32,000 nucleotides of DNA from Pirellula staleyi DSM 6068 (GTDB lineage: Bacteria; Planctomycetota; Planctomycetia; Pirellulales; Pirellulaceae). The notes beneath the pieces are model-generated. The model did no database searches. It saw only the letters and a program-made list of their open reading frames with translations, and was not told where the DNA came from. Positions 1 to 8,753 of the stretch are shown piece by piece. Numbering within the stretch: position 1 is the first letter of the stretch; the number at the start of each line of letters is the position of its first letter. A program made the position numbers and the translations under genes. The stretch is from assembly GCA_000025185.1 (NCBI GenBank), contig CP001848.1, positions 3,810,001 through 3,842,000 on the forward strand, in the 5' to 3' direction.

Positions 1-3000
1 GAGAAGTACCGCTTCGACACTCATGCGCGCCACTTCTTCGTCGTCGATCAAAAGTACCAGAGGCGAGGAGCCGATGGCTGTCGGTGCCGCAGGAAGTGGA
101 GTCGCCACTTGCTCGGGAGCTTCAGTTTCACCAGCTTGAATCGGGAGTAGCACGCGAAACGTGGTTCCACTTCCAGGAACACTCTGCACTTGAATCGCGC
201 CGTGGTGACCACGAACAATACCGAGCACAGCCGAAAGTCCCAGACCTCGACCGGCGAACTTGGTGGAGAAGAACGGATCGAAGATGCGCTGCAAGGTGGC
301 GGGGACCATGCCGCAGCCGGTATCGCTTACCTCGACGCAAACATACTTGCCCGGAGGCAACAGGTCGCTGCTGTAAGGGGAAATCAGGCTCTCAGTGGTT
401 GCTTCCACAAGATGTGTTTTCAGGGTGACGACACCGATCTCCGTCCCAATCGCTTCGCTGGCGTTGAGAATCAAGTTCATGATCACTTGTCGCAGCTGAG
501 TAGCATCGGCGATTACAGCGGGCAAATTGCTCGTTAGCTGCAGCGAGAAGGTGATGCGTTTGGAGATCGAAGTCTGCAGCAGTTCGCGCATTTCGCTAAC
601 AACGCTACTGACATTCAGCGGCTGAGTGACGAGCTTTCCCCGTCCCGAATAAGCGAGAAGTTGTCGTGTTAAATCGGCTGCTCGGCGAGCTGCGGTTTCA
701 GCCTTTTCGAGGTACTCGACCGGGCTGCTTTTCGGTGCCAATTTCGACGCGGCAAGAACGGTGTAGTTGATCACCCCTGTTAGCAGATTGTTGAAGTCGT
801 GAGCCACGCCACCCGCTAAGAGACCGAGACTTTCGAGTCGCTGTGTCTCTTGCAGTTTCCGCTCGATTTGCAGTCGTTCTTCGGCCAGTCGTTTACGATC
901 GGTGATGTCGCGCGAGATGTTGATAAGCGCCACTGTTCGCTCGCCACTGCGAATCGGACTGACACGCACCTCGTAGTACTGCGATTCATGATTTTGCGGA
1001 GTCGCTTCAATTTCGAAGTCGACTGTTTCGCCGTAGTCCCAAGCTCGCGCGTAAGCGTCTCGAGCCCGCATCTGCGAACTGGGGCTGATGAACTGCAGCG
1101 AACTGGAGCCAATCACATCTTCGATACGAAAACCGGGGCCAGCTTTGTTGATGAAGCTGATCAGCCCCGAGCGATCGACCATCATGATGATGTCGGGAGC
1201 ATTTTCGACGAGCGATCGCCAGCGTGCTTCGGATTCGCGAAGCGCTTCTTCGGTCAACAGACGCTGGGTGACATCGCGGCCGATCACTTGAACTGCTGGT
1301 TTTCCGCCATAAACGCAGGGGCCAACACGCGTTTCAATGGTGATCACTTTGCCATCGCGACGCACCGCTCGAATTTGTCGCAGCGGAACAGCCTGCTGTG
1401 TAGCCACGACATGTTGCACCCGCTCGTAGGTCGACGTGAGGTCGTCGGGGTGGATGACATCTTCCATCTTCACCCCGAGAAAATCGTCGATATCGCGCGC
1501 GGCCAGAAGTTCGACCGCTGCTGGATTGCCGTAGACGAACGCGCCGTCCTGTACGATCCCAATCGCCTCGGGGGATAGTTCGACAAGTTCACGATAACGG
1601 GCTTCGCTTTGCAGCGCTGAGAGTTCGGCCAGTTTGCGATCGGTGATATCGCGTGCACAGCAAACAATCCGGTCGACCTTGCCATCTCCCAAGCCCACAG
1701 GAGTAGCTTTGAGGTCGAGCCAAATGAAGTTTCCATTCTTGCAGCGAAAGCGATATTCGATGCGTGTGCTAAGTCCGCGCAAATTGTCGAGCCGCGCTTG
1801 CTCCACAGCGGGGACATCGTCCGGGTGAATGCGCGTGCTAAAGTCACTCTGGTCGATCTCTTCTGGTGAATAGCCGGTGATGCGATAGAACGACGGGCTG
1901 ACATAGTGCGGCCGACGATTGAGATCCGAGAGGCTGACAAAATCCTCCATCGAATCGGCCAGCAAGCGATACTGTTCCTCTTGCTCGCGATGGCGGCGCT
2001 CAACCTCTTTGCGTTCGGTAATATCGATCGCCGCGCCGAGCATGCGCACCGGATTGCCATCCCCATCGAAGATGGTTCGCCCACGGTCGGCGATCCAGCG
2101 CACCGAACTGTCGGGCCAAATCACGCGATAATCTTGGGCAAAGTTGCCATCCCCTGTCAGCGCGTTGACGATCGCAACGCGCACATCATCCCGATCCTGT
2201 GGGTGAATTGCTTCGAGGAAGCACTCAACCGAGGTGTGAAACATGCCGCGCGGGCGACCATGCATCGGCCCCAGTTCAGGCGAACCAGCGACGGAGTTGG
2301 TTTTAAGATTCCATTCCCAAGTTCCCACCTTGGCAGCCTCGAGCGTCAGTCGTAGGCGTTCTTCACTTTCGGCTAACGCGGCTTCGGTCGCTTTGCGATG
2401 GTCGATGTCGAGTGTCACCCCCACCATGCGAATGGGCTCTCCCGTCGGCGAAGTATGCACACGTCCGTGCCCTTCGAGCCAATGGATCGAGCCATCGAGA
2501 TGCCGCACCCGAAATTCGATCATGTAGTCGGTGTGGTTTTCGATCGAGCTTTGAATAGCGCGCTCGACACGCGGTAGATCTTCGGGATGGATGCGGGCAA
2601 AAAAATCTTCGTTCCGTCCTCGGTCGTTTTGCATCGGCGCGCCGAACAGCTCGCCAATCAGCGGATCACCTTTGATCAAGCCCGACTGGAGGTCGAAGTC
2701 CCAGGGCGCTAGTTTTGCCGAACTCATCGCCATGCGTAAAAACAGTTCCCGTTCCCGCAACTGGTGCTCGGTCGCCTTGCGCTGATCGATGTCGATCGAC
2801 ACCCCTACGAGATGCGTGGGACGCCCTTCAGCATCGCGTCGCGCCTTGCCTCGCGCATCGACCCAGTGAATCGAACCATCGGGCCACACGACGCGATACT
2901 CGACCGCGTAGTCCAGGCCCGTTTGCACACTTCGCTGAATCAGGTGCGACACCAACTGGCGATCGTCGGGGTGCACCAGTTCCATGAAGGCGGCTGCATT

Positions 3001-3945
3001 GTTCACCCTTGCCAGCGGCGAAATACCGTAGACTTGTCCCTCTTCCGACGTCCATTTCAGAATGTCGTTGTCGATCTCCCATTCCCAGGCCACCATCCGC
3101 GCAGCGGAGAGGGCGACGTCGAGCATCATCCGATTTTCACGCAGCAAAGCTTCCGTCCGACGCTGTTCCTCTACGATGCGCCACACAGCCACCATCCCAC
3201 CGATGTCGGGATCTTCGGTCATGTTCACGCCCGAGGCCTCGACCCACACCCAGTCGCCACTGTGGTGCATGATGCGCAGATAGCTTGGTCCCACGCGCGT
3301 GCCAGGTTTGGTGGCCAACTGGCTCCAACTTTCTCGCAGCATCGGCATGTCGTCGGGATGGACACGCGAGAACGGGGTTTGCGTGTGGAGCTCTTCACGC
3401 GATACGCCTGAAATCGTGACCGCAGCTTCGTTGTCGAACAGATGCCGCCCCTGCAGCGACATCACCGAAACTCCGTCGTTCACCGCGAGGTCCAGCAGTT
3501 TGCGATAGCCAGTAGCGCTCAGCTCACCTTGGTAGTCGCTCCCGTCGGTGGGGAGATACGACGTCTCAGGGGTCAAAAACAGAAGTTGCCAGCCTGCAAA
3601 ATGGGGGTGAGCGATCGCCAATGGCTGTGTTTGCACCAGGATGTAGATCGACTCGAGCGGCAACTGCTGCGGAACGGAAGCATGACGCAGTTTCGCTGCA
3701 AACGAAGAGCGAAGCTCGAGTTCCCCGGAAAGAGGCGATTCGCTGATCGCAAGGAGATCGACCAGCGGAAGTCCCACGAGCGTTTTGCCCGTTGGCCCGA
3801 CGAGCGACACTGCATTTTGCGAGGCAAAACGAATGATCCCCTCGCCATCGATCGCGAGGACCGGTTTTTCGCTTCCGCCAAAAAGCAATTCGAGGCTTGC
3901 ACCAACTTCAGTAACTCGAGACGTAAACGCACTTAAATCCACCAT
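1..3945 (-). CDS. Hybrid sensor histidine kinase: about 7-8 tandem PAS/PAC domains, HisKA, HATPase_c and the start of a C-terminal receiver domain. The 3' end is cut by the window edge.
   Basis: Absent from the ORF track because there is no stop codon in the window. In my minus-strand translation the ATG at 3945-3943 is preceded by GGAGGG. Repeated PAS/PAC units are visible (WEWEIDND..IDIDQRK, WDFDLQSG..LDIDHRK, WEWNLKTN..IDITERK, ..ARDITDRK, ..SRDITDRK). The H-box is GGVAHDFNNLL (His codon 799-801) and the G-box is GRGLGLSAVLGIV (about nt 200-260). LVLLIDDEEVARMSVEAVLL at about nt 1-60 looks like the start of a REC domain. Confidence 0.9.
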   Translation of the reverse strand, partial: MVDLSAFTSRVTEVGASLELLFGGSEKPVLAIDGEGIIRFASQNAVSLVGPTGKTLVGLPLVDLLAISESPLSGELELRSSFAAKLRHASVPQQLPLESIYILVQTQPLAIAHPHFAGWQLLFLTPETSYLPTDGSDYQGELSATGYRKLLDLAVNDGVSVMSLQGRHLFDNEAAVTISGVSREELHTQTPFSRVHPDDMPMLRESWSQLATKPGTRVGPSYLRIMHHSGDWVWVEASGVNMTEDPDIGGMVAVWRIVEEQRRTEALLRENRMMLDVALSAARMVAWEWEIDNDILKWTSEEGQVYGISPLARVNNAAAFMELVHPDDRQLVSHLIQRSVQTGLDYAVEYRVVWPDGSIHWVDARGKARRDAEGRPTHLVGVSIDIDQRKATEHQLRERELFLRMAMSSAKLAPWDFDLQSGLIKGDPLIGELFGAPMQNDRGRNEDFFARIHPEDLPRVERAIQSSIENHTDYMIEFRVRHLDGSIHWLEGHGRVHTSPTGEPIRMVGVTLDIDHRKATEAALAESEERLRLTLEAAKVGTWEWNLKTNSVAGSPELGPMHGRPRGMFHTSVECFLEAIHPQDRDDVRVAIVNALTGDGNFAQDYRVIWPDSSVRWIADRGRTIFDGDGNPVRMLGAAIDITERKEVERRHREQEEQYRLLADSMEDFVSLSDLNRRPHYVSPSFYRITGYSPEEIDQSDFSTRIHPDDVPAVEQARLDNLRGLSTRIEYRFRCKNGNFIWLDLKATPVGLGDGKVDRIVCCARDITDRKLAELSALQSEARYRELVELSPEAIGIVQDGAFVYGNPAAVELLAARDIDDFLGVKMEDVIHPDDLTSTYERVQHVVATQQAVPLRQIRAVRRDGKVITIETRVGPCVYGGKPAVQVIGRDVTQRLLTEEALRESEARWRSLVENAPDIIMMVDRSGLISFINKAGPGFRIEDVIGSSSLQFISPSSQMRARDAYARAWDYGETVDFEIEATPQNHESQYYEVRVSPIRSGERTVALINISRDITDRKRLAEERLQIERKLQETQRLESLGLLAGGVAHDFNNLLTGVINYTVLAASKLAPKSSPVEYLEKAETAARRAADLTRQLLAYSGRGKLVTQPLNVSSVVSEMRELLQTSISKRITFSLQLTSNLPAVIADATQLRQVIMNLILNASEAIGTEIGVVTLKTHLVEATTESLISPYSSDLLPPGKYVCVEVSDTGCGMVPATLQRIFDPFFSTKFAGRGLGLSAVLGIVRGHHGAIQVQSVPGSGTTFRVLLPIQAGETEAPEQVATPLPAAPTAIGSSPLVLLIDDEEVARMSVEAVLL

Positions 3946-4000
3946 AACCGCCCTCCCCCTTCAGCTGGCGATTGTAGCACAGCTGCAGAGTATGGGTCGT

Positions 4001-4040
4001 AAAACAGCAACGGCCGAGCAGTTTTGAGTTGCTCGGCCGT
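4001..4040 (-). terminator. Rho-independent terminator downstream of the 4098-5768 gene
   Basis: Perfect 11-bp stem (4010-4020 ACGGCCGAGCA pairs with 4030-4040 TGCTCGGCCGT) and a 9-nt loop. On the minus strand it is followed by UGCUGUUUU. It lies 58 nt after the stop codon and separates this gene from the kinase gene. Confidence 0.65.
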
Positions 4041-4097
4041 CAGGGTTTTTAGTCGTGGATTGCCAGTGCGGCGGCAATCTTCAGTGCGGGTTGCCGT

Positions 4098-5768
4098 CTA
4101 CTCTTTGCGCGTCGCTTCGGTTTTCACTTCCATCGCAGCGGCGAGTTGTTCGGCACGGTTTCCGGGTTTGCCCCCGAAAACACGTTCGTCGTAGATCGCC
4201 AGGGCATGCAGGCCGTGACCGAGAGGTCCGATCGACCAGTTCATGTCGCGATGTTCGGTCAGCAGATTGGTCAGATAGCTCACGCTCTTAATCATCTCAG
4301 GCTTGGTGAGTTCTTCCTTCGAGAGCGAGAACGACAGCCACTCGGTGATGTGACCGGTTGTTTCCAGGCGGCGGCTAGGGGGGCCATTATCGGCACGTCC
4401 TACGAACCAGCTGGTGCTGAAGCTGCCGTCGGGATTTTGCAGGTAGAAAGCGTACTTGTGATAGTCCTGAATGAACTTCTGAGCGCGAAGCCACTGGCCA
4501 TCGAACGGTTCTTTACGAATTTCCCGTTTGCGAACGGCATAGCTGAAGCCGGTTAGACGGTGAGTACCGCCACAAGCTGCTCCGATGATCGGCTGTTTCA
4601 GTTCTTCCTGGATCAAGCGTTCGATCGTCCAGTCCTGACCATCGTTGCTCTTCCATTTCTCGTCCGACTTCAGATAGTGCACGAGCGAGATCAGTTTGAA
4701 CGTCAATTCCGTTGCTGGGCGGCAGGTCAGTTTTTCGTGTTCGATCAAATCGGCGACAGTCAGTTTCTGGTTTTCGACCAGCATCGGGAAGTCGGTTTTC
4801 ACCTTCGACTGGGCCAGCATCGAGAGATACTGCCCCGCATGTCCCTGCACGCCAGGGCCGATCTTGGCTTGGAGCTTACCGCCGCTGAGGTGGAAGAGAT
4901 TTTGGTTGTTGCAAACGCCGTTGTAGTTGAGCCAGCCAATCGCGTTGACACGGCGATTGCCGACGATCAGTTCGCTATCCACGCCGTAGGCAATCATGGC
5001 ATGCATGGCACCCCAAGGACTGCGGATCGCAACGTTTTCAGGCTTGTAGTAGTAGATTGCCAGGCACTTGCGGAGGCGATCGCGAAGTTCGAGCAGCTCG
5101 GGAGTCAGTTCGGTAGCACCTTCGACTTTTTCTTCGGTCTTGTCTGCCGACTCTTCCCCGTCGGTCGCAGCGGCTTCGGAACCTTCCGTAACCGGTCCAT
5201 CGGTGACGGTGCCCTGGGCTGGTTCGTCGGTCATCTCTGCGGGGGTCGTAGCGTCGGCTGGAGCGGCTGTCACATCCGATTCAATATCGGTCTCGAGTGT
5301 CAGAGTGGGATCGGCTTTGAGGTCGCCACTGAGTTGCTCGAGGGTTTGGTTCGTAATGTCATCGCTGAAGACCACAGTCTGCATGCGCGAGCTGATGATG
5401 CGCGACTGAGGGAGAGCGTAGTCGACGCCGCAAGCAGTATTCATTTCACCGAGACGCGAAACGGCCATTTCGTTGCCGCACACCGTCTCGAGGCGATAGC
5501 TCGTAGGAGAGGGGATCGACATGCCGAGGAGCTGATGATTGCTCAGGCTGGCAGCGCTCTCGGTCGTTGAGGGATCAACTGAGGCGGGGCTGGTCGATTC
5601 GGGAAGATACTTTTTCTTGCTGGCAGGGCTCGTCGTCGAAGGGCCCGACTCGATCGAGAGAATTGGAGCGGCTGCGGGACTCGACATCGATTCCTGCATC
5701 AACTTGAAAACAAGTAGCAGGGCCCCAAACAAGGCGCAGAACGAAAGTGTTGTCCGGATCATCGGCAT
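4098..5768 (-). CDS. Secreted or membrane-anchored hypothetical protein: N-terminal hydrophobic signal/anchor, Ser/Thr/Pro segment, long acidic low-complexity linker, and a ~330-aa C-terminal globular domain
   Basis: Long ORF. The track start at 5795 is a GTG, and I prefer the ATG at 5768 (MPMIRTTLSFCALFGALLLVFKL). The acidic linker reads TDEPAQGTVTDGPVTEGSEAAATDGEESADKTEEKVEG. The C-terminal domain has spaced Gly-His motifs (GVQGHAGQ, ACGGTHRL, TTGHITEWL, GPLGHGLHAL) and NPDGSF. This is weakly reminiscent of alpha/alpha-toroid repeat proteins, but I cannot name a family. Confidence 0.75.
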   Translation of the reverse strand: MPMIRTTLSFCALFGALLLVFKLMQESMSSPAAAPILSIESGPSTTSPASKKKYLPESTSPASVDPSTTESAASLSNHQLLGMSIPSPTSYRLETVCGNEMAVSRLGEMNTACGVDYALPQSRIISSRMQTVVFSDDITNQTLEQLSGDLKADPTLTLETDIESDVTAAPADATTPAEMTDEPAQGTVTDGPVTEGSEAAATDGEESADKTEEKVEGATELTPELLELRDRLRKCLAIYYYKPENVAIRSPWGAMHAMIAYGVDSELIVGNRRVNAIGWLNYNGVCNNQNLFHLSGGKLQAKIGPGVQGHAGQYLSMLAQSKVKTDFPMLVENQKLTVADLIEHEKLTCRPATELTFKLISLVHYLKSDEKWKSNDGQDWTIERLIQEELKQPIIGAACGGTHRLTGFSYAVRKREIRKEPFDGQWLRAQKFIQDYHKYAFYLQNPDGSFSTSWFVGRADNGPPSRRLETTGHITEWLSFSLSKEELTKPEMIKSVSYLTNLLTEHRDMNWSIGPLGHGLHALAIYDERVFGGKPGNRAEQLAAAMEVKTEATRKE

Positions 5769-6195
5769 CCACTCAGTTGGGCTCGGGCAATCCACGTAGC
5801 GAAACGTTGGCAGTCCTTACGTGGGACTGCATGCCGGTTCGGCGTGGGTTGCGCGGGGGTAGAACGAACGGGTAGAGCAATATGTCGGCCTCGGCGCTGC
5901 AAGTCGAGGTGCGTACACCCACGATTGGCGCGACGAAGTTAACCCTCGAGTAAGTCCGCCTGACTCCTCGAAGTTGTTGTGATATCGGCCAGCCAGCGCC
6001 AGGGTCGCTACTACAGAACGATGAAATCCGACCCGGAACGCCCCGCAAAAGTGGGCGCAGCAACTAACTTTGACGGTTGCGAAGAGGGTGCACCTAGCGG
6101 GGGAAAGATTCACGCCATGTTTGCTGGCAGAATGTCGCTAGAGATGCGTGCTAGCGAAGCGTGGTAGCAATCGTCTTTGAGAAGGCCAAGGTCGA

Positions 6196-6909
6196 TTACC
6201 AAAGCGACCACTCGCGCCACGAGCTGGCAATCGACGGACGCTCGGCAGGAGCTGGTTCGCCACCTTGAAGATACTCGCGCCAGCGTGAAGGATCATTGCC
6301 GTAGTCGCGACCCGAAATCGACCGGAGCGAATCCATGGCAATTTTCTGCATGGCGGGGTCATCTTCGTCGAGCGCGACACGCAGCGCTTGAGCGGCAGCT
6401 GGATCTTGAAATTGCTGGAGACCGCGTGCGGCGGTTTTGCGCACGTCGGCATCGGTGTCGGTCCCCACCACCTGCCCGAGCGCTGTCACTGCTTGCGGAC
6501 CTTTTTGTCGCGCAAGGGCCTCGCAAGCAACGCGGCGTACGTCGGCATTTTCGCTTTGCAAATTGCCAACAATGGCAGCTTCAGCGGTGGCGGTGTTGTA
6601 GGCGGCCAGAGTGCGCAGCATTTCGAGCTTCATCGGAACTGCGGACTCAGCCGCGAGTTGCTGCGACAATTCAGCGGCCACTTGCTCGCGTTCTTCGGGA
6701 GGAAGCGAACCTGCTTTGGCACGCAAGCTTTGAAGCGCCTCGACGCGCGCATAATATGTCGGCCCAAACGTTTCGTCCTCAGCCCACTGTTTGCGGACCC
6801 ATGGATTGAGCGATCGCATTTCAGGAACAGGTCCATCGGCGCAGCCAGAGACTGCTGCTAGCAAGCCGATGAGCATCAGCATCGAGAGCCCATTGTTTCG
6901 ATCAGGCAT
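6196..6909 (-). CDS. HEAT-repeat (PBS-lyase-like) lipoprotein
   Basis: The ATG at 6909 has AGGAA 7 nt upstream. The signal peptide carries a lipobox (LLAAVSG-C). HEAT-like units repeat (NADVRRVACEALA, DADVRKTAARGLQQF, DDPAMQKIAMDSL). The stop is TAA at 6196-6198. Confidence 0.8.
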   Translation of the reverse strand: MPDRNNGLSMLMLIGLLAAVSGCADGPVPEMRSLNPWVRKQWAEDETFGPTYYARVEALQSLRAKAGSLPPEEREQVAAELSQQLAAESAVPMKLEMLRTLAAYNTATAEAAIVGNLQSENADVRRVACEALARQKGPQAVTALGQVVGTDTDADVRKTAARGLQQFQDPAAAQALRVALDEDDPAMQKIAMDSLRSISGRDYGNDPSRWREYLQGGEPAPAERPSIASSWREWSLW

Positions 6910-7207
6910 GCGCTAATTCCTGCGATATTCTAGAACGCGTATCACATTTTGGTGGCGGCTATCGGGCCACGTTTTCAGCCTCGAATCCCGACCGGCGCGC
7001 AAAGCTGCCGATGACGGGGCGTGGCTTGTAGCAAAAGTGTTCGAATCGATCCAGACTGCTTGCGGAGAAGGAATCGGTCAGCGAATTTGGCCGTGCTAGC
7101 GGCTGGTAAGCTGAGGTGAGGGCAGTTTCCGCTTTCGCCCCGCGAGGAACTTTGGTACATCCAGTCCGCTCATCCCACGCTACTCGAGCAGATGACAGCC
7201 ACTTCTG

Positions 7208-8011
7208 ATGCCAGCTATCAAAACTCCATCGAAAACCAACTGCGAGCCTCCTGCGGCTCCTGGGATTATGAATTCGCCGCTTGATTCATCGCGACTCGAT
7301 CCGACACTCGCTGCGTCGCAGCTGTGGAACAGTACGATCATCGGCACGCGTTTGATGCAGCTAGCAGTCGTTCTCGCCGCGCTGGCCGCCCTCAGTTTGC
7401 TCGTCGATATGCAGGTTGCACGCTACTGGCATCAAGTGAAACTCGGTGGCGATGTTCGCAACTTCTTTCGCATGATCGAAGCCTTTGCCTATGGCTATAC
7501 CGTCCTCATTTTGATTTTCATGGTATCGGCGATCGACCCGCGTGGGGCACGCATTTTGCCGCGACTACTACTCTGCACTTACGGTCCGGGTGTTCTGGTG
7601 AACATCGTCAAGGTTTCAGTTTCTAGGATGAGGCCATCCTCGATCGACGACCTGAATGTCAGCGTGATGTCGACGTTTGGGGCGCTGTTTCCTTTCCTTG
7701 TCGATGGCACTTCACTCGATCACCGGATGCAATCATTTCCGTCGGGGCACACCGCCACTGCAACAGGATTTGCTGCCGCACTCGCGATTTTGTACCCGCA
7801 ACGGGCCTGGGTGTTTGTGATTTTGCCGGTGGTGGCTGCGCTACAACGTTTGCAATCGGAATCGCACTTTTTAAGCGATACCCTCTCAGCCGCGTCGCTC
7901 GCTTGTTTTGCAGTAGCGCTCAGTTGCCTCGTACCGCTGGTTTCTCGTCGCCTCTTGAAGTTTGAAGCACCCAGCAGCATCGCCGAGCAGGTTATTTCCT
8001 CGAAAGTTTGA
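7208..8011 (+). CDS. PAP2-family (type 2 phosphatidic acid / undecaprenyl-PP-like) membrane phosphatase
   Basis: All three PAP2 motifs are present in order: KVSVSRMRP (K-x6-RP), PSGH (SFPSGHTATA) and R-x5-H-x3-D (RLQSESHFLSD). There are several hydrophobic helices. ATG start at 7208. Confidence 0.85.
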   Translation: MPAIKTPSKTNCEPPAAPGIMNSPLDSSRLDPTLAASQLWNSTIIGTRLMQLAVVLAALAALSLLVDMQVARYWHQVKLGGDVRNFFRMIEAFAYGYTVLILIFMVSAIDPRGARILPRLLLCTYGPGVLVNIVKVSVSRMRPSSIDDLNVSVMSTFGALFPFLVDGTSLDHRMQSFPSGHTATATGFAAALAILYPQRAWVFVILPVVAALQRLQSESHFLSDTLSAASLACFAVALSCLVPLVSRRLLKFEAPSSIAEQVISSKV

Positions 8012-8090
8012 TTGCTTCGCGCGGCATGGTCCCTTTACACTCGACTGCTTGGGGCAGTTTCTGGCGAGTGTGCCAACCAAGGTGACCGTT

Positions 8091-8753
8091 GTGACCAAAT
8101 ATCTTTCTGCTACGCTTGTGGGCTCGCTCTTGCTCGGCTGCTCACAGCTACTTGGGGCCGAAGCTGCGGCTGAGCGTCCGCTTCATGAAATCCACCGCGA
8201 CTTGTCGCAACTCTTGAAGGGGGAGGTCGCCTCCAAATCCGACATCGATCATTATGTCGTCGTCACGCAAATGTGCGAATTGCACGCCGAAATGGTGAGC
8301 GATAGTCGATTTACGACGAGCGACACGCTGAAGAATTACCGGGCGCAGCTTTACACTCGGTTGCTTCGCGTCCAGACATCGCTGAAGAACCAGCTGGCCC
8401 GCGATGCGAAAAAAGGGGAGGGGAGTTCCCCCGTTCAACCCGATCGCAGCGCGGCTGAACTCTCGCAGGCAGTTGCGGCGTCGGTTTCGGAAGCACTCGA
8501 GCGACAGCAGCAAGTGCTTGGGAGTCGCGATGCGATGGTGGCGCTTGGCGGCGCTCCTGTTCCAGCCGATCATGGCCGGGAGTTGGTGGAGCTGATCGAG
8601 CGTACGATCAATCCTGCCTTTTGGGACGTCAATGGCGGCCCTGGGACGATTGTCTATTACGCACCGCTGCAATGTCTCGTGGTCCGCGCGACGAGCGATA
8701 TGCATGGCCGCGTTGGCAATCTCGCAGAAGACTTGCGCGCCGCTGGACGCTAG
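8091..8753 (+). CDS. Hypothetical lipoprotein
   Basis: The ORF opens at a TTG (7962) inside the PAP2 gene. I prefer the GTG at 8091, which has AAGGTG 6 nt upstream and gives M-TKYLSATLVGSLLLG-C (signal peptide plus lipobox). I recognise no family. The C-terminal segment INPAFWDVNGGPGTIVYYAPLQCLVVRATSDMHGRV resembles short alpha/beta modules common in planctomycete secreted proteins. Confidence 0.6.
   Translation: MTKYLSATLVGSLLLGCSQLLGAEAAAERPLHEIHRDLSQLLKGEVASKSDIDHYVVVTQMCELHAEMVSDSRFTTSDTLKNYRAQLYTRLLRVQTSLKNQLARDAKKGEGSSPVQPDRSAAELSQAVAASVSEALERQQQVLGSRDAMVALGGAPVPADHGRELVELIERTINPAFWDVNGGPGTIVYYAPLQCLVVRATSDMHGRVGNLAEDLRAAGR

Noticed and set aside
4560-5570. 336-aa plus-strand ORF, and 10026-10724 (minus), 15913-16605 (minus) and 8148-8705 (minus)
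   Set aside because: All are antisense shadow ORFs of well-supported genes (the 565-aa secreted protein, murB, the NHL propeller and the lipoprotein gene). None has a recognisable motif.
5769-6195. RNase P RNA, tmRNA or SRP RNA in the long intergenic gap
   Set aside because: GAGUAAGUCCGCC (plus strand, about 5948) superficially resembles the RNase P CR-I box GAGGAAAGUCCGGGC. It lacks the invariant A-triplet, and no GGUAAGAGCGCACC-type or ACAGAA..GGCUUA box follows in the right order. On the minus strand GGGGCGUUCCGGGUCGGAUUUC resembles a tmRNA 5' end. There is no T-arm or CCA-proximal acceptor complement, and the only candidate tag frame ends ..DLLEG, not an ..LAA-type tail. GUCAGG alone is insufficient for SRP RNA.
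6975-7000. tRNA-like T-loop sequences (CTCGAATCC at about 6980; ACTTCGAATGCC at about 27818)
   Set aside because: The flanking bases cannot form the 5-bp T-stem, and I could build no acceptor or anticodon arms. These are chance TCGAA occurrences.
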